DNA from: a virus
Length of the DNA stretch: 64,000 nucleotides
Virus record (IMG/VR): IMGVR_UViG_3300032073_005220
Coordinates: 93,015-157,014 of that record
Strand: one strand, 5' to 3'
In this document: positions 48,253-60,200 of the stretch, one piece after another
How the letters are laid out: each line of letters opens with the position of its first letter
Position numbering within the stretch: the stretch's first letter is position 1
Position numbers and translations under genes: made by a program
The notes under the pieces: model-generated
What the model was told of the DNA's origin: nothing
What the model saw: the letters and a program-made list of their open reading frames with translations, nothing else
The model's database searches: none

Positions 48253-51200
48253 TTAGGCGTAAAAGCTTAATCCTCCATCGGTATCGCTTTGTATTTTGGA
48301 TTGTACATCTCCTACTTTTTTATCAGCATAATTTTCACCTTGCTGACTTCCCATAGCTACTGCCCTTCCTAAACTTTGACTATCTAAACCAACACTACCA
48401 TTTACGTTTACATTATTGTTAATGTCAATGCCATTACTAGGTACGGCACTGGCCAACTGTTGAGCTGATGATCCTATGCTTGAACTAGCTTCTAATATTG
48501 CTGGTCCTACGCTATTAAAAGCACTTAAAACATCATCAACCCACGATGGCCTCTCCATACTAACATTATTTACACCACCAGAGCCAGCGCTTTGAACCTG
48601 TTGACCACTAATTGGTCCTCCACCTTCTTGCAGTCTTTGTGGCTGTACATAACCACCACTAGCCATGTATCTTACTAATCCTCCAGAGTTAAATTGGCCA
48701 CTATTCATAGATTCTAGCAACGGTCTATTTTGACTAGTAGCTAGTCTGTTCATTACGAATTCACCAGGAGTTAGCATGGCTGGAACAGTGTCACTACCAC
48801 TAGACTGAGCTTGAATTAAAGCTCCGTTGCTAGCATAAACAATACCTCCACGAGCCTTCTTATCAGGATCTACTATAGGAAGAGTATCAGGGTCAACAGA
48901 TTGATCTGTCACATCTGTAGTCCGTAAAAATTCCTCAATATTATCAGCACCAATGAGCGCCGTAGTACCCCCTCCCACAAACACGCCGCCGCCCACGAGA
49001 GCAGATTTTCTTGGGTGATTCTTTATAAGTCCTAACATTGTAAATCCGCCTTGGCCTGCAGGTGCCTGTTGCGGACCATATACAGCTGGCGTACCAGCTG
49101 TAGGTGTTGGAACTGAAGGAGTTTGACGCACTACTACGTTTGGTTTTAGTGCTCCTGTGGTTGGGTCTATTGCTTTTCCTGTAGCTGGATCGATGATTAT
49201 TCCTGACACCGGATCTTTTGTTGCGTTCTGCAGACGTCTATCTGTAGCAAGTGAATCTTCAAGTCGTCCCAAGGCATTTGGCCCTTGCGGCTTTGGTGGA
49301 TTTGCTGCTTCGGAAACAATGGTTGGAATAAAATCGTCAGACGCAGGATCAATAGGAGGCTTAGGCGGTCTTGGAGGAGTTACTCCCAAGGCACTGTCTA
49401 CTTGTGTCAAAACTTTTTGTTGCGCCGCCGATAACTCTTCTCCTATAACGGTTTTGAAAAATGCCGGATATCCATCTTCATCTATTATCTTTTGAAGTCT
49501 AGTCAAGTCTTCTGCTGCTCCTGATTCTATAAATTCCGCCAATCGTTTTTCCATTCCTAATTTTCTAGCCATTGCTATCGCTTTAGGAGCCATTTTAGGA
49601 GCGACAGACGAAAAAGCTTTAAAAGCACTTCCTATTGCAGGCAAGCCCATACCGATCGCTGCGTCAGTTAATCCTGCAGCAGCACGAGCATCATGGCCAT
49701 AATTACCCTGGGCTGCTTCTGCCTGCATTGTTGATAGCCCCTCACCAAGCAGAACAAGATTAGGATCATTTAAATCTGGCCATTTACCATTTTGTGCTTG
49801 AGATATAATACCCTGCCAAGCATTAAAAAAGTCTTTTCTATAGTTTGTGTCCATTGAGCCAAGACCTTGTCCATAAATAGGACCACTTAGTATATCAAAA
49901 GCACCTCCTGCTGCCCATACTGCATAACCAGGAAGTGATGCAAGCTCAGCTTGAAATGAACTTATATCTTTAGCAAACTTAGCATTTCTTCTTTCTATCT
50001 CTTCCTTGCTCATTAGAAGAGGATCTCCTCCAATAGCATCTCGATGCATTTGTCTTTGTCTCTTTTCTTCTTCGAAACTAGTCGATCCAAATATTGCGTT
50101 GTCATTTAAAACTCGACGAAAACCTTCTGTAAAATTCGCACTGGAATTATACGCTTCGTGACCAAAAGCACCTAAGAAATAAGTCAAAGGATCTGGACTA
50201 TCAAGCCATCTAGTGCCATCTAGAGGATCTTGAATACCTGGTATATCTGTCAATTTTCCATGACCTTGCATGTTTAATTGAGCAAGTCTAGCAGCTTTTT
50301 CTGGAGACAAAGCAGGCTTAGGATTTGTTAATTCTTCAATCCTAGCTAATCTTTCTCTCTCAGATTCTGAATCTGCCATCTTATTATCTTCGTGTCTTAG
50401 CATGTCAAAGAGAGGAATAATCGTATTTCCCGCTGTTATTAATGCTGCTCTTTCAAGTGTTCCTCCTATAGTTGTTGCGTATTCTGCCTGAGTTTCTGCT
50501 TCTTTAGCTTCGGCTACTAATTTCTGGTATTCTAGTTCGTCTTTTGCTTTGTCTGAATTCTCTTTGTCTCTTTTGTTTCTCTTCAATACTTCAGGATCAA
50601 CACCCCGACCAACTCCTAATGCTTTTCTAAATACAGGATTATCTAAAAGAGCTTCATCTTGAAATTCAGGTGATGTATGATATTTATATGTGCTTTCATC
50701 AAACGCATTAAATTCTGGTTTTTCAAATGAACTGAATAGTTGTTGGTATCTACTTAATGCAGAATTCTCTTCTCCTAAACCACTTACATAGTTATCAAAT
50801 GCTTCTGCGCGAGTTACTCCAAATTGATCACTAATGTCTGTTTGAGAACCTTCTATTCTTCTAGTTAATTCATCTTCTAAAACTCTTCTAAAAGCAGGGT
50901 CTGCACTAAAAGCCTTTTGCATTTCTAAGCTATTATCGGTCTCATCGTTAAAGAAATCATCTATTAATTTCTTTCTTGCCTTTTGCTCTTCCTGTAATTC
51001 TCTAAATCTTTTATCTTTTTTCGCTTTATCTACATGCATACTATCAAAATATTCACGCTCTTCAGGAAATGTATTGTTTATGTATCTTTGATCCCATGAT
51101 AAGGGTGGTTTATTTGTGTCTTGTTCAAGCATCTCATATGGAGTTAATAAACTTCTTTCTTCGGCTTTTTCGTCTCTCTTAGTTTTTCTTTGTTGCTTAA

Positions 51201-54200
51201 CTGCTTGATTGGCAGTATAATCATCAGAGATATCAACTTTATTACCTTGTTTATCGTATGTCTCAATACCTCCACCGAGCATTTGTGCAGCGCTTGATGT
51301 TGAGATATCAACTTTTGTTTTGGAAAAATCTATTTTATTGCCATTAGCATCATATAGATCAACCCTATTTATACCTGTTGGATCATACTCTTTTTTCTTA
51401 TCTCCAAATCTTTCTTCCCATTCTCTATCTTCTATTTTTTTTCTGAAAGCAGTACGGAATACGCTGTCGCCATCTTTGCCTGTTGATAGTTGATTACCGT
51501 TAGCGTCATAAACTTTAAAAGGTTTTTCTCCTTGATTAAATTGAATAGAATCTCCTTCTGCTTCAATAGTCTTTTTTCTATATTCTTGTTCTGTTAAAGG
51601 TCTGAATCCTCCTTGTCCATCGGACACATACAAATCTTTAAAAGTTCCTGTACCTCCCTCTTCAATAGCCTTTCGCCTATCTTTGGTATCTCTACGTCTT
51701 TTTTCTTCTCTTGCTTCTTTAGCTTTTCTCTTATTTTCTAGCTCTGCTTCTCTAGCTGCTTTTTCTGCTTTTGCTCTGTCTGCTGCTGCAGCCTCTCTAG
51801 CTTCTCTTCCAGCTTCCCATTCTGCAGCTTCTCTTTTTTCTTTTCTCTCTTTTGCTTTATATTTATTTATTTCTATGGTTGACATATTGGCAAACATCGC
51901 ATTGCGTTCAGCATTAGGTGACTGCACGTTTGGTCTAACATTTTCTTGATAATTTTCAATATAAAATTGTTGAGCCGCTAGTCCGGCAGCATTAGCTTCG
52001 GCCAAACTGCCATTGTTTTTTAAAACTTCGCTTCTTGCTTGAAGTCTTTTCCTTTCGGCTTCCTTTAAAGTTTTAATATCTTCCCTTCGTAAAGCTCTAT
52101 TCTCTACTGCTTGATATTCATTCATGCGAGCATTAGCTCTTTTAACTTCTTGATTATAAAGAGTATTATCTCCTGGTTTAGATGAGTTGTTTGATCCAAG
52201 GCTGTGATCAAGAAATTCTGCAAGATCAACAGAACCAGAACCATCTGAATCATAAAAAAGATCATCGGCAAACTCCTCTTGTTCTAATCTTCCATTTCTA
52301 TTTTTATCTAGAGCAACAAAGCGTTGTATTATAGCATTTCTACTTGCCTGACCCCCTTCTTCAAGATAAACAACGCCGCCTTGACTATATCCTCCAACAC
52401 CATTATTAATAGCCTTAAGTAATGGCAGATTGTTTTGCGTAGCTTTCTTATTTATAACAAACTCACCAGGAGTCAACATAGCAGGAACAGTGTCAGTACC
52501 TTGAGGTTGGAAATTAACTAATTGACCCTGACTAGCATAAATCATTCCTCCTGTTTGAAGTCCAACAGGATCTACAGGCTTCTCTTTTGGGCCTCCAATG
52601 CTTTTGTAATAATCAAGACTAGGTAAAGATCCTACTTTAAATAAAGCTCCCAGCTCTTCCATACCTTTTTTTGCTTTTTTATAAATATCTCCATAACCAG
52701 CAAAATTGTATAGTTCTGTTAATCTTGTATTATAGTCTGGAGTAGGAGGATCTCTATCATACAGATAGTCAACACCCTTCCATGGAACTATTTTCTTTCG
52801 ATCTTTTTTCTTTTTGTCTTTATTACCAGCAGGCTGTTCTTCGAACCCTTCTGGAGGTTGAGAGATATCAGTATTAGCACCAGGCTGGCCTCCAAACCAC
52901 AGCTTAACATCATCCATACTTTGTAAAGTATTTGCCATCATTTGTTGACTATACAAAGGTCTGCCATTAGGTCCGTCAGTAGCTCCCATAAATCTTGATT
53001 TGATAGCATTAATTAAAATTTTTCTATCTGTAATTTCATCAAATTTATTATAGGGATTAAATGCCATTTCGACTACTTGTTGAAGATTTTCAAGTGTTGG
53101 AGGCGACTTACTGTCAGTAACCTTTCCATCAGAAGTTGGTGTAGCGAAAGTATCTCCATCTCCTATAATAGTTGATAAATCTAACTTATCATCAGCACTA
53201 AGTTGCCCTTGCTCTCCACTCAAAAATCTGTTAGCTCTTTTACCTCCTCCTATGGCCCTAAACATAGTTAGAGTTTGTTGTTGAAGAGCTCTCCAATCAA
53301 AGTTAGGTTTATCTAGATCTTCTAATTTTAAATATCTAGTTATTGCATTAGTATTTGATTCAGCTATTTGACCAAATGCTGCGCCAGCACCGTATGACAA
53401 AACTTCCGCATTGTTATACAGGTCATAGGCATTTAAATTTGGAAAATTGCCTTCGGTTACTATTTTATTAATATTTGTATAGTAGCTGTCTAGTTGACCA
53501 GATAAAATACTGCTAAGTTGTTTAATTTGGTCTTTATTTGTTAAATTTTGTAAAGGTACTCCGAATTGAGCTCCAAAATTATAAGGAGCACCAGCGCCGA
53601 ATAAACTAAATGCAGTATTAGCAATAGTCTCAAAAGCTGGTTTAAGATATTTCATGTTAGAAAGATTAGAAGTAAACTCCTTAGTATTAGCGACCTCGCT
53701 ACCCGCCTTACTTCGGGCCGTATTCTGTCCCTTTTCTAATTCTTCTGCTACATAATCTAAATACTCTGTAAAAGATGTCTTTTTAGCATTAGTAGGTACG
53801 TTTGTAGCTGTAGCAGGATCTAAAAATGTTTGACCATATTTTTTCAAGAAAGACAGTGGCTCTAAACCTTTATTGCTTCCAGATATAGTAGTACTCATAA
53901 CATTAGCAGCAGCTGCTCTACTTCCTGCAGCAGCCGCTATTCCTTGTTCTAATACTTTTCCTAAATATTTTTTAACATCAGTATTTTGAAATTGTTTTTT
54001 AATAAAATTTGGCTTAACTACGGCGTCACTATTAAAAGCCTGTTTGTTAGCAAGTAGACTTATGTCTGCTCCGGCGTCGAAAGTTTTGTAAGGATTGGAC
54101 ACATGATCAATGGCATTTAATACATATCCTGGTCCTCCTAAAACATCTGATAATAATTTTTCAGGATTTGAAGGAGCTCCCAAATTAGAATCCCACAATT

Positions 54201-57200
54201 GACCATCGGTTTTAGTATAAGATAAGAAGTAAGGTATGTCGACCTTTTGTTGTTTTCCGTGAACCGGTATAGTTAAATCAAAAGCTCCTTTTTTCAGAGG
54301 TAATCGCTCTCCTTTTATTTTGGATATTTTGTCTTTTTCTTCTTGTTGTTTTTTGTTAAAATCAGTGTCTAGATCGGATGCATTAATATCACTCGTCCAA
54401 CCAAAATCTTTGGTTCCGATGATCCTTCCTGCAGCATCAATTTGAGACAGATTAATAGGTTTTCTTGTGTAGTAAGAACTATTATCTTTTGATGTCTGTC
54501 CTCTGTCAAACATATTTTTTAAAGTCGTCCCAAACTCATTTTCAAATGCTAGATTTCCTCCACCATAAACATTAATAGATCCATCGTTTGCATCTAAACT
54601 ACCTAAGTTTTTAAACTCTCCGTTAGGGAAATTGTAAGAGAGAAAAGGACTATTAGAATTATATAACTGATTTAGGCGATTAATAATGTCATTTTGTGAA
54701 GTGTCTGCTACAAAAGCAGCATCTCTCATAGCCAAAGTATCTTTTAAGAGCTTTCTTTGATCTTTGAGTCTGTTTAGACCTTCGGTATATTTATCAAAAG
54801 TTTTAATAGCGACGTTACTATTGTCTACGTCCGATCCTATGAAAACTGAAGAACCAATTTTCTTAGACTTTCCAGCTCCAAATTCAGCTATATTCTTATC
54901 TGAATCAGAGTACCCCAATAAGGCAGAAGCAAACATACTAGGTAAATAACCAGTACTTCCTTGCTGAAATAAGCCCAAACCAGCATCAGGATCCGCTATT
55001 CTGGAAACTAAATTACTTAGAGTTACCATAGCAATATCGTTGAAAAAACCTTGCCTAAATTCTGTCTCAATACTAGGATTAGCAACAGTAAGATCTTGTG
55101 TATTTGTAGGTACTTTTAGTTTTTTGCCACTCACCCCTGTATATTGTAAATAAGAACCAACTTTTTTAGGAGTCTTGATATTTAAGTATTCAGGTTTTAT
55201 TGCAGCATAGGCTTGCTTAAGCTCTTTCAATCCCTTTCTGTCTAATTTTTCTGATCTTTCTGGCCAGTGGAAAAAAGGAAAGGATAATACTTCTGGAGTT
55301 CCTATATTTGCAGTACGTTCTCCTACCTTGGTACTAATACCAGAACTATCTTTAGCAAATGATATTTTGGCTCCAGTTAAAATAGAACCTTGATCAGATA
55401 TACTAAGAATTTTTTCACTATTGTAATAAGGAATCTCTTGAGATCCAACTCTTCGATTATCTTTGTCTAATCCAACATTATAGTCTCCACCAATTTCAAT
55501 CTTGGCGCGATCGTCTCCAAAAGTAACCTTTCCGTTAGCAATTTTGTGTCCTACAGTAAGTCCTTTATAGCCTGTGTATATTTTAGGTGTTGGAGCACCA
55601 TCAAATTCATCTTTGGTTTTGGGTGTGACAGCAGTCTCTTTCCATATATCGTCCGCGTTAGGACTACTACCTACTACATGACCCCCAGTAGCATAGTAAG
55701 ATACTCCTCCTCCTTTAGAGTAGCCATTATTAATTGCTTCTAGTATAGGTCTATGTTTTTGTGTGGCAGATCTATTTATTACAAATTCGCCTGGAGTAAG
55801 CATAGCAGGAACTGTATCCGTACCTTTAGGACTAAAGTCTATGGCGGTTCCTTGACTAGCATAAATAATACCACCCGCAGCTTTGTTGTCAGGTTGTTGT
55901 CCTGCCGTTCTAATTCCATCTACCATATCCTGAATTTGTTTTTCATCAAATTTAATAGTAACACTTTCTAACGCTTCCTTAATTGCTTCAGAAGTGTCTT
56001 TGGCTATTTTTGAAGCCAGTTCATCATTAAGTCTAGCAAGTTGCACATTTGCTTGAGCTTGTACATTTATAGCTTTTTGATAAGTAGCAATAGCTTTAGC
56101 CGTAGCCGGATCTAGTGATGGATTCCTCATAGCATCAATAACATCACTAAGCATAGGAGTCATTCCTACGCCACTTTCTCTCAACATGGTTTCAAGAGCA
56201 CTAGCTCTTAGATTATTTGATTGTTGATTATCTCCTAAAAATGGACTAATTTCTTTTAGTAAAGATAAAGCATTACCTCTTTGATCTGCGAATGCTTTTT
56301 GTGCTTCTCTTTGAGCATCTCTAGGATTAGCTCCGCTTCTCAGAGCTTTTCTATAAGCTTTTTGAGCTGCTGTACTCTGTTGAATAGATATGGATTGCCC
56401 GCTAATATATCTTTGTAAATCAGCAAAAGAATTATTTAAATCTTTCAATTGTTCTGGAGTACTAGTTACTAATTTTTCTATAAAAGTAACTTTTCCTGCT
56501 TGATCTTGCTGAGCTTTTTGTATTTTATTTAATGCTGCTGAAGCCAAATTAGAATCATTGGCTAAACTTTCAAGTGCCGCTCTAGTTTCATTTATCTGAA
56601 AGTTTGTTTTAGCTAATTCTTGAGTGGTTTTAATTACGGCCGCAGAAGCGTCAGGAGCATTAATATTCTCTCCGGCAAAATCTCTATCTGCTTGTTGACG
56701 TTCTCTTCTAGATTCTAATAATCTTAGCGAATTAGTAATATCTACAGGATCAGTAGTTCCCCCTGTTCTAGACCTAATATCTCTGTCTCGTTCTCTCTCC
56801 AAAGTATTTAGATCTACATCCTGACCAAGAGCGCTAGCTAAATTAATTTGAGCATCAAACAATATGCTGGTTGCTTTTCTTAGACGATTTGCAGATTCCA
56901 ATTGAATCTCTGTCATTTTATTGATAGCACTAGCATAAGAATTTAATGATGCTTGCCATTGATTTAAGGCATTAATAGCGGTTTTTCTAGCTTGAGCAGA
57001 TGTGCCTATTAAATCGTTTAGTCCTGATATTTTTTCCGTTAACTCTTGTAAAGATATAGATCCTTTGTCTGTTTCGTTAGTAATATCTCCTACAGCTTTA
57101 GCAATTTCTCTAGCTAGTTTAGACGTTAAAGAAGCAGGAAGACCTAGATTCTTTAATTCCTCTTGAACAGCTCTGCTGACTCTACCTTTTGCTACTTCTG

Positions 57201-60200
57201 GATTATCTCCTTCATTACTCAAAACATTATTAATAGTTTTAAGTAAACTATCTTCTAGGGCTGGCCCAAGCTGTAATAAACCCCTAACAAGGCCAGAATC
57301 TCCACCAAATCTATCAGCAGCCATGCCACTAGCTCTACTGAAATCAGCATTACTGTATCCTAAAGGATTTTCCAAAATATTTGCGTCACGAGATGAGAAA
57401 TTTCCTATACTAGCAGAACCACGCAGGGAGTTTATTGTTAGTTCTAAATTTTTATCGAATTCACCTAAATTAAAATTAGCTCTAGAAATATTTTGATCCA
57501 TTGTGCTAAATAATCTTTTAAAACTTAAAGAAAGTTCTTTAGATATCTTATTAAGATCATTAAGCGATTTGGTATTAATACTAATATTAATTTGTTCTCT
57601 AGCTCTTTCAGCAGCAGCTTGTTGTATGAATTCACCCCTTTGAGCAGGGTCGGTGATATTCTGTAACGCTTTTTGTACAGAAAGGTCAGCTAAGGCTAGA
57701 TTTTCAGAAAATTTAAGTAAAGTGGGATCTGATACCAGTTCTTCATAAGTTTTTCCTGAGTCAACTAAAGATTGTATAAATTGTCTAGTTGCTTGAGTAG
57801 TCTCAGCAAATAACTTAGCGTTCTCTCTAGCTATTCTGGGTCGTTCTTTATCAAAATTTGATTCTCTCTTACTAGAAAACATTAAACTTTCTAGAAAAGG
57901 TATAACTCCTTGATTGTTTAAGATATCTCCTCTCTGTTTAGCTTCTTCGGAGGAATTAAGAATATCAAATATATTAAGTAATCCAATTTTTGTATTTTGT
58001 TCATTACTAGCCGCCAACTTTCTTGTCTCGCCGCTAATAGTGCTTAATTCCGCTTGAACTACATCTAAAGCGGCAGCATTTGTAGCATTTTTAGATAATT
58101 CTTCAAAAGCTTTATTTATTTTTTCTGCTGACTCTTCAATTTTGCTTCTACTAAGTTTGTCCGCAAACTCGATTGCTGCGTTTTTTGCATCAGCAAATGC
58201 CTTGACCATAGATATTGCGCCAGCAGCAACACCAGCAATAGGACCGGCAATACTGCCTACAGCAAGACCAGTAGAAATTGCTCCTGCTCCTCCTTGAACT
58301 AATGCCTGACTAGATGCTCCGCTAGCACTAGTAGGTTCTCCTCCAGCAAAAAAGTCTGTTATCATAGGAAGAGCTAAACTAGCAGCAATACTAGCTTGAG
58401 TTCCACCCATACCTTTAAGTCTGGCGCCAAAACCTTCTCCTGTAGGTAGTCCTTTGGACTTAGCTAATTGTGTCGTAATTTTTCGTCTTTCCTGAATTTC
58501 TTGATTTGCTAATTTTTTAGCTTCTGCTGCTGTATATTTTGCAACACCGGCCGTCGTTTTTTGAGATAAAAGCTGTTGCGTTCTAAGCTTTCGCATTCTA
58601 GCATAAAAAGCTTTGGATTGATTAGCATCCATTTCAGTTTCAGATATATATCTTTGAATATCAGAACCTTGAATACCCGACGCTTTAAGATCAGCGCCAG
58701 AAACCCCTGTTACCGATCTGGTTGCGTCAGAAAAAGCCTGGTCTCTAATTCCGGCAATATCTTCAGCTGTTAAATTATTTCCTTGGGTTGCTGTAGCTTT
58801 TTTTATACGTGCGTGAGCTAAATGTTCTGCTTGATTTAAAATATCTGCTTGTCGAGAAGCAGTATTTGCTCCACCTTTGGTAAAAGCCTTCTCTAGTCCT
58901 TGTCTTTTGGTAATGTTATCTTGTGCTTCAGTTTGAAGATTTATTAGATTTTTAGTCAAAATACCTATCTGAGTAGATGATGCTCCTGCTGCTTTAGCTT
59001 TTTGCAAGTCTGCTTTGGCAGCATCAATTGCTGTTTCATAACTGACTCTACCTTGATTAGCAACTATACCAGAAGTTGCTTTCGATTGAAGTCCCAGCTC
59101 TTCTAGAACAGATACAATTTCTTCTAGTCCTTGTCTGGCGGTATCGGGAATAGCTACAGTAGATCGTTCAATAACGTCTGGTTTCAGAGGCACTCCTCCT
59201 CCATTAGAAAAACCAAACCCAACAGCTCCGCCTTTATTAAAGCCTTGAAGTTTGTCTGCTTTATTAAGAGAATTGAGTTTAAAGGACCCTAGACTTTTGG
59301 CAGCTTTTCTATTTATTACAAATTCACCAGGAGTCAGTAAAGCCGGTACTGTGTCCTTGACGCTACCACCACTGGCCATCATTTCATACTTGCCATCAAA
59401 TGGGATTGAATATCCTTTTTCTATTGCGTCTTTCTTGCTTTTGACACCAAAATTTGCTTTTAATTGATTTAAAGAATAACTCTGTCCCTTTACTGGCTGA
59501 GCGGCAGCAGTAGCGGCGGCAGCCTGTTGTTTTTTATTTGTAGGCAATAAATAAGCACTTCTGTCATTTCTAATTTCACCTACAATTTCATTTAGAGCTT
59601 TTGCTTCTAGAAATCTGGGCTCTGAGGCTTTCTTTGAAGCCTTAGCATCAACCCATTGGTCTGGCAGATTTGGAAAATTATCTTTAAGATTAGGACCAAG
59701 GCCTTTAGGAAAATCAAAATTTGTTCCAGGCTTACGTTCGAGATATTTACCTGTGATACCAGTTAATACATCTTCAAACAAATTACCAATAGCTGCATCG
59801 TTTACACCCTGAAGAAAATCTTGTTTATTTTTTTTATTGACTGCTGTAAAGTTCATGCCTAGATCTGAAGATAATCTACCTCCGGCTAAATTTACAGCTT
59901 TAACCAACCCATCGTCAAGAGCATCCTTAAATTTCTTATTAGTGTCCTTGCTTAAGCCTTCTCTAGTAGTACTAATATTCTTGGCAAAATTTCTTGTAAA
60001 AATTTTAGGATTTAACTCTTCTGTTGCTGGTTTCTTTGTTGTTCCTTCTATGCCAAGAGATTTTCTTATCTTTCCAAGACTAATGGGTATCTCAGTTGTT
60101 TTTGGTGATGCGGTCTCGAAAACAGCTGCTCCAACATTTACTGCTCCTCCTTGAAGCTGTTTTATAAAACCTCCACCAGCAAATTTTTGTACTTTTCCTC

